In this document: in pieces, positions 15,951 through 25,129 of the stretch
Numbering within the stretch: the first letter of the stretch is position 1
Layout: the number at the start of each line of letters is the position of its first letter
From: Planctomycetia bacterium
GTDB taxonomy: Bacteria; Planctomycetota; Planctomycetia; Pirellulales; JACPPG01
DNA length: 64,000 nt
Direction of reading: 5' to 3'
Assembly (NCBI GenBank): GCA_016191115.1
Contig: JACPPG010000055.1
Span: 25,018 to 89,017 of the forward strand
Position numbers and translations under genes: made by a program
Notes under the pieces: generated by a model
Seen by the model: the letters and a program-made list of their open reading frames with translations, nothing else
Databases searched by the model: none
Told to the model about the DNA's origin: nothing

Positions 15951-16178
15951 TTGGCGATCCGCGACCACAACCGGCAAGCCGCCAAGGAAGCGGCTGCGGA
16001 GGCTCGGCGGACGTACCGGCCACTCTCACCGCGGGAGCAATTGGAAATGCTGATGCTCGCCCAGCCGATCGGCAGCCCAGAGCGGGCCGCGCTTCAAAGG
16101 CAACTTGACCGGATGGCGAAAAAGAAGCCCCCGAAGGATCGGCCCAGGGCATCCGTCCACGCTGCCGCTCGCCGTTAG
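15951..16178 (+). CDS. hypothetical charged helical peptide (doubtful)
   Basis: 75-aa ORF from TTG. The same frame is open from 15762 and reads as plausible protein (…DALKAEGHKNAKQEARRIEAEPLDTAYLDQLAIRDHNRQAAKE…), but no ATG/GTG/TTG occurs before 15951. Confidence 0.2.
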   Translation: MAIRDHNRQAAKEAAAEARRTYRPLSPREQLEMLMLAQPIGSPERAALQRQLDRMAKKKPPKDRPRASVHAAARR

Positions 16179-16291
16179 CGGGGAATCAATTCGCCAAAAA
16201 ATGTGTGCGATAAGCGAACGGTCTACGGCCCACAGATGCCAGAGATTCGACCCGCCCTCCCCGGTCTTGTCCCGCTTACGGCCGGTAGCCC

Positions 16292-16531
16292 CTACGCCTC
16301 ACCCGCCGCGTCAATCAGCGCCAGGATGGCCCGCCGCATGGGTTCTGGCAGGCGGGGCCAAGCGGCCACCACTCGGGCCAGGTCCGGGTCGGCCGGGGCG
16401 TTTTGTGCGCCAAGTGCGCCGGATTCTGCGCCGCTTTGGTTGCGAACCGTAGATTTTCCCGTAGAATCCGCCTGTTGTTCGACTCCCCGTGGGGTACTAG
16501 GGCACTCGCGCGGCATTGGCATCGCCAGCAT
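16292..16531 (-). CDS. hypothetical protein / gene fragment
   Basis: 79-aa ORF ending ...DPDLARVVAAWPRLPEPMRRAILALIDAAGEA. From memory, this kind of C-terminal tail occurs next to recombinase/mobile genes in planctomycete genomes. Not verifiable here. Confidence 0.3.
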   Translation of the reverse strand: MLAMPMPRECPSTPRGVEQQADSTGKSTVRNQSGAESGALGAQNAPADPDLARVVAAWPRLPEPMRRAILALIDAAGEA

Positions 16532-16802
16532 GGCCCGGTAGGGGCCGCTCGCGTCGGCGACTTTGCTTTAGCGATCAGCCGCTGGCCGCCAGAGGGTGGC
16601 AGCGCGATGCGCTCGTCACAACCGACGGCTTGTCCGCTCGATCATGGCGTCGGCCGCTTCGGCCAACGGCGTATGCCCATCGCGGCGGGTCTGCACGGCA
16701 TCCGGCACCAGCCGCGACTCCACGCGGCTAGGGCCCTCGCGGTGTTCGGGGCGGTTGACCAGGCCGGGGATTGACCTAGAGTTCTCCTAAGGGGGAATTG
16801 CC

Positions 16803-17027
16803 ATGTCAAACGTCAATCAACTGACTGTGACGCAACGGTCTTGGATCACCAGCAGAATCGGCTGGCTCAGCCTGTGCATCATCGCCGCCGCATGGGGCAA
16901 CCGGCTGTTGCCTAGCGAGTGGCAAAACGTTTGGGGCATCGTGGGCGCGTTTGGATTGGCGGCGGCGCTGGGTCTGGCCTCCATTGCGACGGCACGACAG
17001 CGCGGTACCGGGACAGGCCGCAACTAG
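16803..17027 (+). CDS. small two-TM membrane protein
   Basis: ATG preceded by AAGGGGG (16789-16795). Two hydrophobic helices (IGWLSLCIIAAAWG and VWGIVGAFGLAAALGLASIA). Confidence 0.45.
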   Translation: MSNVNQLTVTQRSWITSRIGWLSLCIIAAAWGNRLLPSEWQNVWGIVGAFGLAAALGLASIATARQRGTGTGRN

Positions 17028-17314
17028 TAGCCGATCGACGCTACGGTCAGGGCCGTTGAAGGAGCGCCACACGCAAACGCGCCCTGCGTCCTCCGCGAGG
17101 AGGAACAGAATCTTTCCGTCGGTCGTCGGTCGTCGTTCGCCGCAGCCGTGCGGCGCAGACCGCGGACCGGTCGAGCGGCGGCACGAACCTTGGCCTGGTC
17201 ATAGGCGGCGTGCTCTTCGGCAAGCCGCCCAAGCATGGCTGCAATCGCGGCCGTGTCGGAGTCGTTCGCAGGGCGAATCATGCCGACCTCGAGCCGCGCC
17301 GCGCGAGCCGACAA
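17024..17314 (-). pseudogene. truncated/frameshifted GNAT acetyltransferase N-terminal fragment
   Basis: MIRPANDSDTAAIAAMLGRLAEEHAAYDQAK is a typical GNAT N-terminus. The continuation is split across two other frames (…RFVPPLDRSAV… and …VWRSFNGPDRS…) and ends near 17030 without the acetyl-CoA-binding core. Confidence 0.4.
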
Positions 17315-17344
17315 GCCGAAATGCCGCGCCTCGCCGCCATCTCC

Positions 17345-18484
17345 TCACCGCTCCGGCTTCACCAGCGCGGCGTGCTTCTCGCGGATCTTGCACACCTTCG
17401 GCATCGCGTGAAACTGGACGTACGGCTGGTGGGGGTTGCGGGCCGCGTAGTCCTGATGGTACTGCTCGGCCGGGTAGAACGCCGCGAGCGGCTCGAGCGT
17501 CGTCACGATCGGCCGCGAGAACGCCTTCTTGTCGGCCAGCTCTTGGATCTTCGCCGCGGCCGCCTGCTGCTGCGCCTCGTCCGCGTAGAAGATGGCCGAG
17601 CGGTACTGCGTGCCGACGTCCGCCCCCTGGCGGTTGAGCTGCGTGGGATCGTGCGCGTCGAAGAACACGTCCAATAGCCGCCCAAAGTCGATTTGCCGCG
17701 GGTCGTACGTGATGCGGATGGCCTCGGCATGGCCTGTCGTGCCGGTACACACGTCTTCGTAGTTGGCGGTGCGCGCATCGCCACCGGCGTAGCCGCTTTC
17801 GACGTGCAGGACGCCCTTGAGCTGGGCAAACGCCGCCTCCGTGCACCAGAAACAACCCCCGGCGAATACGGCCGTAGCCTTCGGGTCGGCGGCCGGATCG
17901 GCGAGCGAAGCCAACTGGTCGGCAGGCGTGAAGTTGAGCGAGGCAGAGTTCAAGCAATACCGCAAACCGGTCGGCCGCGGCCCGTCGTCGAACACGTGTC
18001 CCAGATGGCCGCCGCAGCGGGCGCACAGGATCTCGGTGCGGACCATTCCGTAGCCGCGGTCCGGCAGTTCCTCGATATTGCCGGGGGCGATCGGCTGAAA
18101 AAAGCTGGGCCAACCCGTGCCGGAGTGGAACTTGGCCGCCGACGAGAACAGCGGCAAGCCACAACCGACGCACGTGTACACGCCCTCTTGCTTGTTGTCC
18201 AGGAGCGTGCCGCAGAACGGGCGCTCGGTCCCCTTGCCGCGCGACACTTCATACTGCTCGGGAGTCAAACGGCGCTGCCACTCGTCATCGCTCAGCACCA
18301 GGCGCGGCGACTCGACCGGCCCGACAAACTCGCCTTGACGATTGAACACATGGACCTTGGGCATGCGAGGATCCTCCGGCCTAAAAGCGATGTGACGTGG
18401 CGACAAGCCGGCGCGCGCCGCGATGATTGTCACCGCGCAGGCGGCCAGGGCCGCGATCAGAAAGGTTGTTGAAGACTGCCGCAC
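17345..18484 (-). CDS. msrAB: bifunctional methionine sulfoxide reductase MsrB-MsrA with N-terminal signal/anchor
   Basis: MsrB motifs: [43 protein letters not shown]. MsrA motifs: [33 protein letters not shown]. The N-terminus [20 protein letters not shown] is hydrophobic. Confidence 0.9.
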   Translation of the reverse strand: MRQSSTTFLIAALAACAVTIIAARAGLSPRHIAFRPEDPRMPKVHVFNRQGEFVGPVESPRLVLSDDEWQRRLTPEQYEVSRGKGTERPFCGTLLDNKQEGVYTCVGCGLPLFSSAAKFHSGTGWPSFFQPIAPGNIEELPDRGYGMVRTEILCARCGGHLGHVFDDGPRPTGLRYCLNSASLNFTPADQLASLADPAADPKATAVFAGGCFWCTEAAFAQLKGVLHVESGYAGGDARTANYEDVCTGTTGHAEAIRITYDPRQIDFGRLLDVFFDAHDPTQLNRQGADVGTQYRSAIFYADEAQQQAAAAKIQELADKKAFSRPIVTTLEPLAAFYPAEQYHQDYAARNPHQPYVQFHAMPKVCKIREKHAALVKPER

Positions 18485-18707
18485 GCGCGTCCTCCCGAGG
18501 ACTTGGCAGGTGGACGTTCGTCACGTTGACACAAAACAGCCCGAGACGCAACTCATCCATGCAGGGTTTGTGATGCCGTTGCCGACTTTGGCCCGGCGAC
18601 GCAACGCCGAGAACGCGGAAGATCTCATGCGGCCTCTGCTTGCCGCGAAAACGAGCAGCGACGTTCGGTCGATACTTGATTCCATCGGCTACCGGACCGC
18701 TTCCGCG

Positions 18708-19835
18708 CTAGCGGCGCTTTGCTCCGCGATCGCCGCAGATCCGTCGGCGCGGGCTCCAGCGGTCCCGGCGAGGTTTCGCGTTATCCTTGTGTGCCGCCAC
18801 GCACACCTCCTGCCGGCTGTGCTGCAATTGCCGGGCGGCGACCTGTGGAAAGCCCCACGAGCGGACGCGGTCCATGTAGTGCGGTAGCTCGTCGGCCAGG
18901 CCCCAGTCGAACAGTTTCAGCGTCATAATGACGCCATTGATGCGCACTTCCCGGTGCGCGACGATCGCCTCGACCGCGTCCAGCGTGTACTGCGGGGCCA
19001 CGTTCATGTCGGCCACCAGCCAGCGGGTGTCGCGGAATTCGCGCCGCCGCACGTCGCCCGCGCGCTTCCTGACGTGCGTGAAGCTCGGGTCGGCTAGCAC
19101 CGCGGGATCGACCTCCGCCGGGTCGATGCCCGTCACCACAAAGCCCCGGGCCAGAAGCGCCTGGCAACTGCCACCCGGCGCGCAGCCCAGTTCCACGACG
19201 CGGTCGCCGTGGCGAATGGGCATTTGCGACCAATCGAGGGCCTCTTCCATTTTCAGGTAAGCCCGCGACACTGCCGCGGCCGGCAGGGCAATCTCTAGGA
19301 AACCGCCAGCGCGACAGGATGCGGGGTTGTGCGCCCGATGATAGCCCAGCCACCACTCGCTCGGGCTGACGAGAACGCAATCGAGCACGAGCTCGCCGGG
19401 CCGGGCTTCGGGGGCGGCGGCAACGATGGTAGTGAATTCCGGCGGCGCGGCTTCAGCCAGCGCGGCACGCGCGGCGACGGCCGGCGCCGAAAGCCCCGGC
19501 TCGTACCCGAACTTGCCCGGCTCGCGCTGGTCGCGCTGCCAGACGTGCAGTCGCGTTGCCGGCACATGGGCCGCGAGCGCCCACGCCGCGCGGGCGAGGT
19601 CTTCCTCCGTCGCGCCGGTGACCTTGCCCAACGTGAAGCCGTACGCGCGGGCGAAAACACCCGCCAGATCGAAGTCGTCCGCCAGTCCATGGTCGGCCGG
19701 CAACTTGAAAGTGAGAAATCCTGGCCGCGAATAGGCGAAGCGAACACCCGGCCAGCACCTGGCGATCTCGTGCTTAACCGCTGTCTCGGCGCCCACCTGG
19801 CAGGTGATGAAAATGAACGGCGCCGGCTGAGGCAT
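18708..19835 (-). CDS. rlmM: RlmM-like SAM-dependent rRNA 2'-O-methyltransferase
   Basis: Aligns by eye to E. coli RlmM landmarks: SRAYLKMEEAL (SRSTLKLEEAF), ELGCAPGGSCQALLARG (DLGACPGGWTYQLVKR), VADMNVAP (VCDMVEKP), MTLKLF (FNLKLP), RQLQHSRQEVCV (RQLYHDREEVTV). Confidence 0.75.
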   Translation of the reverse strand: MPQPAPFIFITCQVGAETAVKHEIARCWPGVRFAYSRPGFLTFKLPADHGLADDFDLAGVFARAYGFTLGKVTGATEEDLARAAWALAAHVPATRLHVWQRDQREPGKFGYEPGLSAPAVAARAALAEAAPPEFTTIVAAAPEARPGELVLDCVLVSPSEWWLGYHRAHNPASCRAGGFLEIALPAAAVSRAYLKMEEALDWSQMPIRHGDRVVELGCAPGGSCQALLARGFVVTGIDPAEVDPAVLADPSFTHVRKRAGDVRRREFRDTRWLVADMNVAPQYTLDAVEAIVAHREVRINGVIMTLKLFDWGLADELPHYMDRVRSWGFPQVAARQLQHSRQEVCVAAHKDNAKPRRDRWSPRRRICGDRGAKRR

Positions 19836-19960
19836 CGGGCAACCGCCTACGCGAGAAGCGGAAACAAGGTCGAATCCGAAAATGGCGCGTCGCGCGGACG
19901 CCGTACTGCTGGACAGGCCGGCAGCACCTGCGCTACGCCTTCCGAGATTCTACCCGTTTG

Positions 19961-20680
19961 CTACTTCTTTCGCCGCAGGCGGGCGACGCCGAGAAGGCCC
20001 AATCCGAGACCAAACAGCGTCACCGTGGCCGGCTCGGGAATCGGCGGCGCGGGAGACTGCACGAAGGTCTGCGTGAAGAACGACATCGTCGGCACGCCCC
20101 CGTGCTCGCCGGCCGAGAACGCCAGGATGTCCTTCTGCACGTGCAACGTGCGGAAACCGTGGGCAAACGTTATGGCGTCGGTCGGCTTGGTAAGGCCAGG
20201 CTTGATGTCGAAAATCGACAGGGAATGCGCATCGTCGGGTAGGAACGTCTCGGTGAGGCTGATGGCCCCGTCACCTCCGAGCACCGCGGGATTGCCCGAC
20301 AACGTGGCGCCGGTGATGACCTTGTCGTCGTTCATGACCGTGACCGTGAAGTCCAAGAGCGCGTCGGAGCCGCCGCCACCGATGAAGTCCAAAAAGGCGC
20401 CCTGGAACAGCAGGCCGAAGTTGCCGGCGCCGTCCGTGTACGGCACGACATTGACGGCCGAGGCGTCGGGCATGTCGCCGGTCTTGAGGTACGAGAAATC
20501 GCTAAAGAGCTTGTCGCCGACTTGCATTGTGCCGTGCTCGCCTATGAGCGTCGACAAGGCGGCGGCCTTGACTGGCGCCGCGAGCACGGCCACAGCGAGT
20601 GCCGCGGCAAACGCCGATGCACCGCCTCGCGCCCACCAAGACGTGCGTGACACTTGATGTTTGATCTGCTGGCTGTCCAT
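19961..20680 (-). CDS. PEP-CTERM sorting-domain secreted protein
   Basis: The C-terminus PIPEPATVTLFGLGLGLLGVARLRRKK is a PEP motif plus TM plus basic tail. The N-terminal signal is WWARGGASAFAAALAVAVLAAPVKA. Start taken at ATG 20680; the track ORF starts at 20734. Confidence 0.8.
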   Translation of the reverse strand: MDSQQIKHQVSRTSWWARGGASAFAAALAVAVLAAPVKAAALSTLIGEHGTMQVGDKLFSDFSYLKTGDMPDASAVNVVPYTDGAGNFGLLFQGAFLDFIGGGGSDALLDFTVTVMNDDKVITGATLSGNPAVLGGDGAISLTETFLPDDAHSLSIFDIKPGLTKPTDAITFAHGFRTLHVQKDILAFSAGEHGGVPTMSFFTQTFVQSPAPPIPEPATVTLFGLGLGLLGVARLRRKK

Positions 20681-21260
20681 CCGAGTCCCCTGTGTCGAAA
20701 GTCGGTTTTCCGCGTCGTTTGTTGGCTTCGTCAAAGTTGCGTGGACGGTTGCTTTGCTTGAGTCCGTGCGATCGTGGGCCGCGTGCTGGCGATATGCCGC
20801 ATGGGATGCGACGCATCGCGAGATCGCGGGAACGAATCGGTAGGCCGGCGTTTCGAAAGTGCTGGGCGGCTGCTTCGGCGCGTGCGGTGCGGCGTAAGAA
20901 GCGCGCAGGTCGCAAGCCGCGGGTCAACCCAGTGGGACGAGTGCCGGATGAGAGTCGCTAGATGGCGTTCGAGCTGGAATCACCGCTGCGCCGACAAAAT
21001 CGGCGCGCTCTCGGAACGCTCAACTCTCACTCACCTGACATTAGCAGCACTCAAATAGATAGATTGGGGAACACATTGCCGCCCGACTTATGCTTCCCAC
21101 CTATATTAACAACGACGCAACCATATTGGACCACCTATTTTTACAGATTTATCCAAATATTCTGAATTATCGAGATTGGGGCCCAGAGCGCAACTGTTCC
21201 TCTGCCACGGATTCGGACGTAACTCTCTTGGATATCGACAGATAAGATAAATGGCGCTGA

Positions 21261-22172
21261 CTAGACAGCCGCCATCAGCACTTCGAACAGCCGGTCCACT
21301 TCGGCCCGGGTTTCCCCGTCCAGGATGAAGGCAACCGGCCCGCGGACCAGGGTATTTCGAAAGATGCCCTGCCGAACCAAGAGGTGCTTCTCGATGGCCA
21401 GAAAGCCGTCCAGCCCGCTCTCGAGCGACACCAGCGCCGCCAGGGGCATGGCGATCGCGCCGGCCCGCCGCTCGTCGCCGGCCACGAGCGCCCGCCACAA
21501 TGCCACAAAGACGTCGATCAGATCGGCGCCCGGCATCGTGCCCACGATGCCGCGGCGGAAACTATCCCCAAGCGCGATGCCGCCGGACCCTTCAAAGATC
21601 CGGGCCTTCCCGCCGGTGGCGTCGCGCAGCGCGGAGAGGCGCGGGCCGATCGGCGCCGCCTCCGGCTTGAACATCACGCGGTCCCCAAGCTCCGCGTGCA
21701 TCCGCGCCTGGGCTTCGATCGATATCGGCCGGCCCACATAGCCCCCGGCATCTTGCACAATCACCGGCAGGCCCGTGGCCCGCACGATCCGCTCGTAGTA
21801 TCGCAGCAGCTCGTCCTCGCCGATCGCCACCGACACCGGCGGGATGGCCATCACCGCCGCGGCGCCCGACGTCTCGGCATGCCGGGTATAGAGCTCCGCG
21901 GCGCGGCTGCTCTCGGCCCCTACGCTGATCACCACCGGCCCACGACCGGCCGCGAAGCGACAAGCATGCTCCGCCAGCGACCGCCGCTCGTCACTCGTCA
22001 AGCGCAGGGTTTCCGACACCATGGCCATCACGATGCCGTCGGCGCCGCGGTCAAATAGCCAATCGATCTCGCCCTTCAAAGTGTCGAAGTCGATCGACTC
22101 GTCATCGTGATAGGGCGTTTGAAAGACCGGCAAGACACCGGCCACGCCGCGGGTTGGTGGGATGCTATTCAT
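21261..22172 (-). CDS. dihydrodipicolinate synthase/N-acetylneuraminate lyase family aldolase
   Basis: 303 aa. ...PVFQTPYHDDESIDFDTLKGEIDWLFDRGADGIVMAMVSETLRLTSDERRSL... and ...AVMAIPP... match the DapA-family layout. Substrate unknown. Confidence 0.8.
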   Translation of the reverse strand: MNSIPPTRGVAGVLPVFQTPYHDDESIDFDTLKGEIDWLFDRGADGIVMAMVSETLRLTSDERRSLAEHACRFAAGRGPVVISVGAESSRAAELYTRHAETSGAAAVMAIPPVSVAIGEDELLRYYERIVRATGLPVIVQDAGGYVGRPISIEAQARMHAELGDRVMFKPEAAPIGPRLSALRDATGGKARIFEGSGGIALGDSFRRGIVGTMPGADLIDVFVALWRALVAGDERRAGAIAMPLAALVSLESGLDGFLAIEKHLLVRQGIFRNTLVRGPVAFILDGETRAEVDRLFEVLMAAV

Positions 22173-23575
22173 TGCTGGCTGGCCGCCTCGACGTCGTCCG
22201 GCCCCTCAGTCCGCCAGAACATACGCTTCAACTTGGGGAAGAGCTTGAGCGCGTTGTCGCGCATCACCTGCCGGCCGATTCGCATGGCGTGGTCCTCACG
22301 CAGCTCACCCCGCTCGACCTTCTCGGCCAGTGCCTCGGCCAGGCACTGCCGCGTGAATTCGGTCGCCGCGTAGATGCCCTCGGCCTGCACCGTGTCGGCC
22401 CCCCACATGATCCGGTCCGACGGCATGGCTTCCAGCCATTCCTGGTAAGCCCGTTTCGCCACCGTGTAACTCAGAGTCGGCAGCCAGCAACTGTCGATCC
22501 ACACGTTGCGGCGCTTCATCCCGATGACCGCCGTCTCGCCCACCCACGGGTAGCCGCCGTGGAAGAGGATGAACTTTGTCTGCGGGTTGGCGTCGATCAG
22601 GTCAACAAGCAACATCGGGTTCGATCCCTGGATTCGCGCCTGACCGGTGTGAATCTGAAAAGGCAGGTTGTATTTCGCGCTCAGGCCCGCGATGTGCCAG
22701 AACATGAAATCCTCGAACGCCTTGAATTCCGCGGGCCCCAGCTCGTCGGCCTTTTTGCCGAAGGCAGCCGCGGCCCGCTCCTTCGGCACCCGGTCGTATT
22801 GCAGCGTCCGCTGGTAGGCCTGCGTCGACTTGAGGCATGCCGTGTCGGCCGCCACGGCCTGCGTGAAGATCATGTCCAGCACGCCCAGGTAGTCGTCCAG
22901 CGACTCGATCTTCTTCCCCTGTCGCTCGGCGAACACAAACGGGCTGTCGAGCGGATTCGCAAACTGGCTGGCATGCGTGCCGCTGATGAGCATCGTCACA
23001 TTGAGCACGGGCACCGAGAACTTGTACGCCCGTTCGAACTGCAGTCGCGCCCAATACGGGTCGATGAGCATCAGTTCGATATTGGCGCGGCGCGTGATCA
23101 CGTCCATGAGCCACGCGTCGTCCTTGTAGTTGGTGGCGATCTTCGCGTCGAGCTCGCGGGCCTGCTCGTCGGTGATCGTGTCGAAGTCGATGCCGTACAA
23201 GTCGCGGAAGGCCGGCAGCAGATAGCGATAGAAGCTCACCGCCCGCGTGTCGCGAAAGTCATTGCGCGCCGTGGCCCACCATTCGTCGAACGGTTTGCCG
23301 GCGGGCCACGGCGTCAGGCGGTGGATGCCTGGGAAGTAGCTACCGGCAAAGATGCTGTGCAGCGTCATGCGGGTGCCGCGATCGGTCTCGTCCTTGTTGG
23401 GGATCTGATCGAAAGGGCGCAAGTGATCGTGAGTGTCGATCGCCGGAACGGCGTCGATCGCGGCCTTGATCCGGCCGTAGAGTGGCGATTTCTTGATGTC
23501 GCCGGCCGACGTCCGCGCGGCGAGCGCCAAGGCGCAAGCGGCGCCGGCCGCTACGTTCGCGAAAATTCTCCACAT
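22169..23575 (-). CDS. amidohydrolase-superfamily (Amidohydro_2/uronate-isomerase-like) protein with signal peptide
   Basis: AIDTHDHL metal-binding motif near the N-terminus, then ...FQIHTG..., FHGGYPW..., ...MWGADT.... 4-nt overlap with the downstream aldolase gene. Start taken at MWRIFANVAAGAACALALA (23575). Confidence 0.7.
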   Translation of the reverse strand: MWRIFANVAAGAACALALAARTSAGDIKKSPLYGRIKAAIDAVPAIDTHDHLRPFDQIPNKDETDRGTRMTLHSIFAGSYFPGIHRLTPWPAGKPFDEWWATARNDFRDTRAVSFYRYLLPAFRDLYGIDFDTITDEQARELDAKIATNYKDDAWLMDVITRRANIELMLIDPYWARLQFERAYKFSVPVLNVTMLISGTHASQFANPLDSPFVFAERQGKKIESLDDYLGVLDMIFTQAVAADTACLKSTQAYQRTLQYDRVPKERAAAAFGKKADELGPAEFKAFEDFMFWHIAGLSAKYNLPFQIHTGQARIQGSNPMLLVDLIDANPQTKFILFHGGYPWVGETAVIGMKRRNVWIDSCWLPTLSYTVAKRAYQEWLEAMPSDRIMWGADTVQAEGIYAATEFTRQCLAEALAEKVERGELREDHAMRIGRQVMRDNALKLFPKLKRMFWRTEGPDDVEAASQQ

Positions 23576-23661
23576 GACGTGTCTCCTTCGACGGTTGTGG
23601 ACTGACACCGCCGCGCAGGACATCTTGTTTTTAAATATTCAAAAAATCGCCCGATCGGGAA

Positions 23662-23687
23662 GACCGCCGGGGTAAACCCGGCGGCTC
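23662..23687. terminator. conserved GC hairpin (family copy 1)
   Basis: GACCGCCGGGGTAAACCCGGCGGCTC: 8-bp stem CCGCCGGG/CCCGGCGG with loop GTAAA, just downstream of the epimerase gene. A near-identical copy in inverse orientation lies at 33461-33488. Confidence 0.45.
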
Positions 23688-23717
23688 GCAAATATCCACT
23701 GCCACCGCTCCCACCGC

Positions 23718-24656
23718 CTACTTCCTACTGCCTTCCGCCTGCTCCGGCAATTCCGCCAGCACTGCCGGCAGTCCGGCGTCGAACGTTGCGTATCGCGGCT
23801 GCCAGCCGAGTTCGCGGCGGGCCTTGTCGCAACGCAGACGCAAGCCGGACTCGACCGCCTCGATCGTTGGATAGCCGAGGAACAGTCCCATCAGCCAGCC
23901 GGGAGCGCGGCCGACGTGTGGCCGAGCAAGCGCGTCGGCCAGTCGATCGAGAACCTCGCGCCGCCGGAGCGGAGCTTCGTCCCCCAGGAAGTAGCCCTCG
24001 CCCGCGCGGCCGTGCGCGAGTGCCAGCGGGTAGGCTTCGCCCACGTCGTCGACGTGGACCATCGTCCAATAGTTGTCGCCGCGGCCGACCATGCGATAGC
24101 GGCCGGCGCGCACCAGCTCGACCATCATCTTCATGAAGCCGCCGGCGCCATACACAAAGCCGGGGCTGATCACCTGCACGTGCAGGCCGTTCCTGCGATG
24201 CAACTGGGCCAGCTCGTCGACCATCTCCGCATGTCCACGGGCCAAAAGGCAAGGGCATTGCGGCAGCGTCTCGTCGATCCAGTCGTCGCCATAGCGGGCG
24301 TGGGTCAGCGCGCCGCTCGTGTAGATAAACGGTTTTGCTTGCGCGGCGCAGGCCTGGGCGAGCGTGCGAGTCATCAGCGCATCGGAGCGGTGCATGTCGG
24401 CGATCTGCCGGCGGTTCCAACGCCCGTTCGACACCTGCTGGGCGGCGTGAACCACAGCTTCGACCTGGGCGACAAGCGGTTGGTATGTCTCCGGCTGCCA
24501 CATGTTCCCGATGGCCATGTCGGCGCCGGTATCAACGAGGGCGCGTCCTTTTCCGGCATCGCGCACAAGGCCCAGCACCTTATGCCCATGGCGAAGCAAT
24601 GCGCGGACGATGGCCGAGCCGACGAAACCCGTTGCACCTGTGACCAAGACTCGCAT
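23718..24656 (-). CDS. NAD(P)-dependent epimerase/dehydratase family protein
   Basis: N-terminal Rossmann motif MRVLVTGATGFVGSAIVRALLRHGH. 312 aa, SDR-extended layout. Confidence 0.85.
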   Translation of the reverse strand: MRVLVTGATGFVGSAIVRALLRHGHKVLGLVRDAGKGRALVDTGADMAIGNMWQPETYQPLVAQVEAVVHAAQQVSNGRWNRRQIADMHRSDALMTRTLAQACAAQAKPFIYTSGALTHARYGDDWIDETLPQCPCLLARGHAEMVDELAQLHRRNGLHVQVISPGFVYGAGGFMKMMVELVRAGRYRMVGRGDNYWTMVHVDDVGEAYPLALAHGRAGEGYFLGDEAPLRRREVLDRLADALARPHVGRAPGWLMGLFLGYPTIEAVESGLRLRCDKARRELGWQPRYATFDAGLPAVLAELPEQAEGSRK

Positions 24657-24660
24657 GTCT

Positions 24661-25074
24661 CTACCACGGCTCGTAGCAGTCGTAGTTGCGCTGCGCCACG
24701 ATGCGCCCGTCGCGGAATTCGAGAAAGATAGCCAGGTAAGCCTTCAACTCGCTGCCGGCTGTTAGCTCGCCGAACGCCGCGGCCAGCTTGCCCGTCCACA
24801 CGACCTCCAAGGCCACGTGATCGCCGCGGGCGACGGCGTTGCGGACCTCGTACCGCTGCGCGGAGAGAACGTGCGGTGCGCGGCGGGCGCCTTCGAGCAT
24901 CGCCGCCAGGCCGCGCTTTTGGCCACGCGTCACGAGTCGATTGGGAAATTCATGCTGCTCGATGGCCGGATCGAGAAACGGGCGAATCGCTTCCGGCGGA
25001 TCGAAGCGCTCGAGCGCTTCGAGGAAGCGATGCGCGGTGGCCAGGTTCTGTTGTTCGACAGACGGCGAGGACAT
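24661..25074 (-). CDS. NTF2/SnoaL-like small protein
   Basis: 137 aa. ...ATAHRFLEALERFDP...VVWTGKL...AIFLEFRDGRIVAQRNYDCYEPW is a typical SnoaL-like cone-fold pattern. 4 nt upstream of the epimerase gene. Confidence 0.6.
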   Translation of the reverse strand: MSSPSVEQQNLATAHRFLEALERFDPPEAIRPFLDPAIEQHEFPNRLVTRGQKRGLAAMLEGARRAPHVLSAQRYEVRNAVARGDHVALEVVWTGKLAAAFGELTAGSELKAYLAIFLEFRDGRIVAQRNYDCYEPW

Positions 25075-25129
25075 AGGACACTGTTTTCCGTTCGCCCAAA
25101 GGAGAAATCAAGCGTCCAAATGCGATGGC

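Noticed and set aside
16441-16500. Possible tRNA gene or tRNA 3' fragment (GTTCGACTCC T-loop-like string)
   Set aside because: I could not build a T-stem, anticodon arm or acceptor stem around it by eye. It is retained only as a weak hint of an att-like remnant in the boundary finding.
16560-16790. Minus-strand frame …LVNRPEHREGPSRVESRLVPDAVQTRRDGHTPLAEAADAMIERTSRRL* considered as an integrase or other gene fragment
   Set aside because: No start codon gives more than ~36 codons, and no recombinase motif (R..H..R..Y context) is recognisable.
22154-23605. 483-aa plus-strand ORF opposite the amidohydrolase gene
   Set aside because: Antisense shadow. The minus strand carries the DTHDHL and other amidohydrolase motifs and overlaps its operon partner by 4 nt.
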